Positions 62,101 to 64,000 of a stretch of 64,000 nucleotides of DNA are shown piece by piece. This DNA is from Cyanophora paradoxa CCMP329 (Eukaryota > Plantae > Glaucophyta), in the NCBI GenBank assembly GCA_004431415.1, contig QPMI01000150.1:1-64000 (forward strand). Direction: 5' to 3'. Both the position numbers and the translations under genes were made by a program. The notes beneath the pieces were generated by a model. That model saw only the letters and a list, made by a program, of their open reading frames with translations. It had not been told where the DNA came from and did not search any database. The stretch's first letter is position 1. Each line of letters begins with the position of its first letter.

Positions 62101-63336
62101 GCCGCACCATTGTGCTTAATCTGGCTAGGAAGCCCGTGGCCGAAAGAGAGAAAGATTGCCTTGTTGTAGTAAACCTGAAATCGAGATCAGCTGCATGCGC
62201 GGGTCGAAACCACGAGATTTGAACTGGAATTAATAAATATTCTAGATCGATGATATCAATCCGCACGTGGCACATTCCCGTTCGATTCAGTCCAGTATTG
62301 ATAAGCGTCGTTCGAGTCCCACTAACAATGTCTGCCGCGACCGGTAATTATACATCAGTTGCAACTTTAACAGGCCTAGCTACAGGCTCAAACGACAATG
62401 TCAAAAAACATCAATATCTTAACCCACCAAATTCGCTCAATTCATCAAGGGTGGAACCGGCGGTGGTGATTCCTCCGTACGTCCAGATTTTAGTTGGTAC
62501 TTTCAAGTCATAAAGGACAGAAGAAGCGAGCTGCGTTTGAACGCTGTCATCAGTGCGAGGTCGCATTCAGACTGTATATATGGTCCAACCACAGACCCCT
62601 CCGACCAAGCTTGACGTCGTGGTCTGAGAGAAAGTATATGTTGACCAGGCGGGGGGCGCTGCGTAAAATTTCATATATAAGCGCGGAGCCGCGCTGCAAT
62701 TGTATGTTATTTATTGCAATTGCGCACTGGTAGTGAGAGAGAGCTTGAAGAAATTATCTTGCGAAGTATTGCATATTTGGTTAGAGGTTAGACCAGCATT
62801 CACACACCATCCTCCCTGCGCTCGTAACCACACATGTACATGTATACGTATACGGCTTTTTCATCGCAACGATGAAACCGGCAAACTAAAGCACCAGTAC
62901 GTACAGGGCCTCCGAGCCGGGATTATCGTACACCGTCCCCTAAAATCGTGTCTTTTGTCAGTGCGCCAACTACAGTTATATATGTATTCGAGTTCAAGTA
63001 CAAAGCTATATATGCATATATATGCGCTATATAGCTACTTGCCTGCGTTCGTCGAATACTGGGAGGGGTTCCACTGACGGTGGGGTTGAGGACTACGTCG
63101 ATCACATCGATATCAACTTGCGCAGCGACCTTCGAGATGTCGATCGCGAGTAGGCAGATGGCAACGAGCTCGAGGACGCAAACGAATCTGCATCCCAGAG
63201 ATCTATATGCAGAGCCGTACATGTACGTATACGTATACATGTACGCGTGGGACGCCGGAAGCGGCCGTGAACCGCGGTCGATGGATCTGAATTCGAAGCT
63301 AAAAGCCCGCAAACAACGAGTGCCCATTGATCTCAT
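59150..63336 (-). CDS. Secreted kelch-repeat, Ser-Pro-rich surface protein C (both ends uncertain)
   Basis: Signal-like VLELVAICLLAIDISKVAA; kelch-like IWTYGG, MYMFGG, LVKYNFSTGVWSTV; (SP)n stalk at ~60800-61070; AT-rich introns like genes A and B. Confidence 0.6.
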
Positions 63337-64000
63337 TGGCTACAGTGTGCCCGCTGCACGACAATATTCATGGTCAACTATGCTATATAGCTAGCAGCGC
63401 ATGCCGCATGCGCAGCGGTCGTGGGAGCAGGCGCGCGTGCCGCAGCCGGCGGTGCAGCGCTCGACCTCTAGCTCGCGATCGATATCAGGGAGCTCGAGCT
63501 CGAGCTTTATGTGATTATGATCAGGCTGACCGTCGGACATTCGCGCCGATCCTGCTGCCGCTATGCATGGCCACCAGCTCGCGATCACTGAGTCAGGAAA
63601 CCAGACACCGCGGACGCGGCCGGCATGGCAGACAGAGGTACTTATCGTAACTTAACTTACTAGTTATAGTAAGAGGTACGTTCCAACGTACCAGTTATGC
63701 GACCATTGATGCCGCATCATCAGGCCCGCATCATCGGGCCGCATGCCGGCGCCGCAGTGCATGACTGTGCATCCGCCATTACTATACTCTAGTATATGAT
63801 ACGGTATGAGGGCCTCAATCATCAGCCTGGCAGATGATGAGGCCCATGCCCCATGGGCCATGGCCATTACTACCAGGTAAGTTACTATGATATCGATACG
63901 GCATTGATACCGCAGTGCATCATAAATTTATACGTAATTGTATGCAGAGCTGGGTCACTCACCGTCACTGAGTCAAGACATCGACTCATTGAGAAACGAC

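Noticed and set aside
1-64000. Long R/P/A/G-rich six-frame ORFs (e.g. 33097-35310, 37327-39120, 44580-46406)
   Set aside because: They arise from stop-codon scarcity in very high GC and run through introns or antisense strands. Real genes are spliced.

Overview
Nuclear DNA of a very GC-rich, intron-dense eukaryote. The short introns, GTGCGC/GTCCGC-type donors, CTGAC/CTCAC branch points and frequent GC-AG introns resemble a glaucophyte such as Cyanophora, but the organism identity is inference only. The supplied ORF track is mostly GC-driven noise; real genes have to be assembled from small exons. The window has two compartments. (1) Compact GC-rich housekeeping blocks carry a C2+GYF protein, RAD54B, an ABCG transporter, glucosidase II beta, a VWA protein with an inserted YEATS domain, an F-box protein, a coiled-coil protein, a tetraspanin-like membrane protein, RRP5, a DUF4379-like zinc-ribbon repeat protein, a DUF3293-like protein and LRRC40, mostly as tight head-to-head pairs. 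(2) Lower-GC islands (~12.2-19.7 kb and ~51.5-64 kb) carry MITE nests, self-complementary microsatellites and a family of secreted CUB-like or kelch, Ser-Pro-rich surface proteins. The strongest findings are: a four-member box C/D snoRNA cluster duplicated almost identically in two RRP5 introns, with guides that hit conserved LSU rRNA methylation sites by the +5 rule; a further RRP5 intronic snoRNA with an orphan copy in an apparently non-coding spliced host; and a YEATS domain inserted inside a VWA domain.
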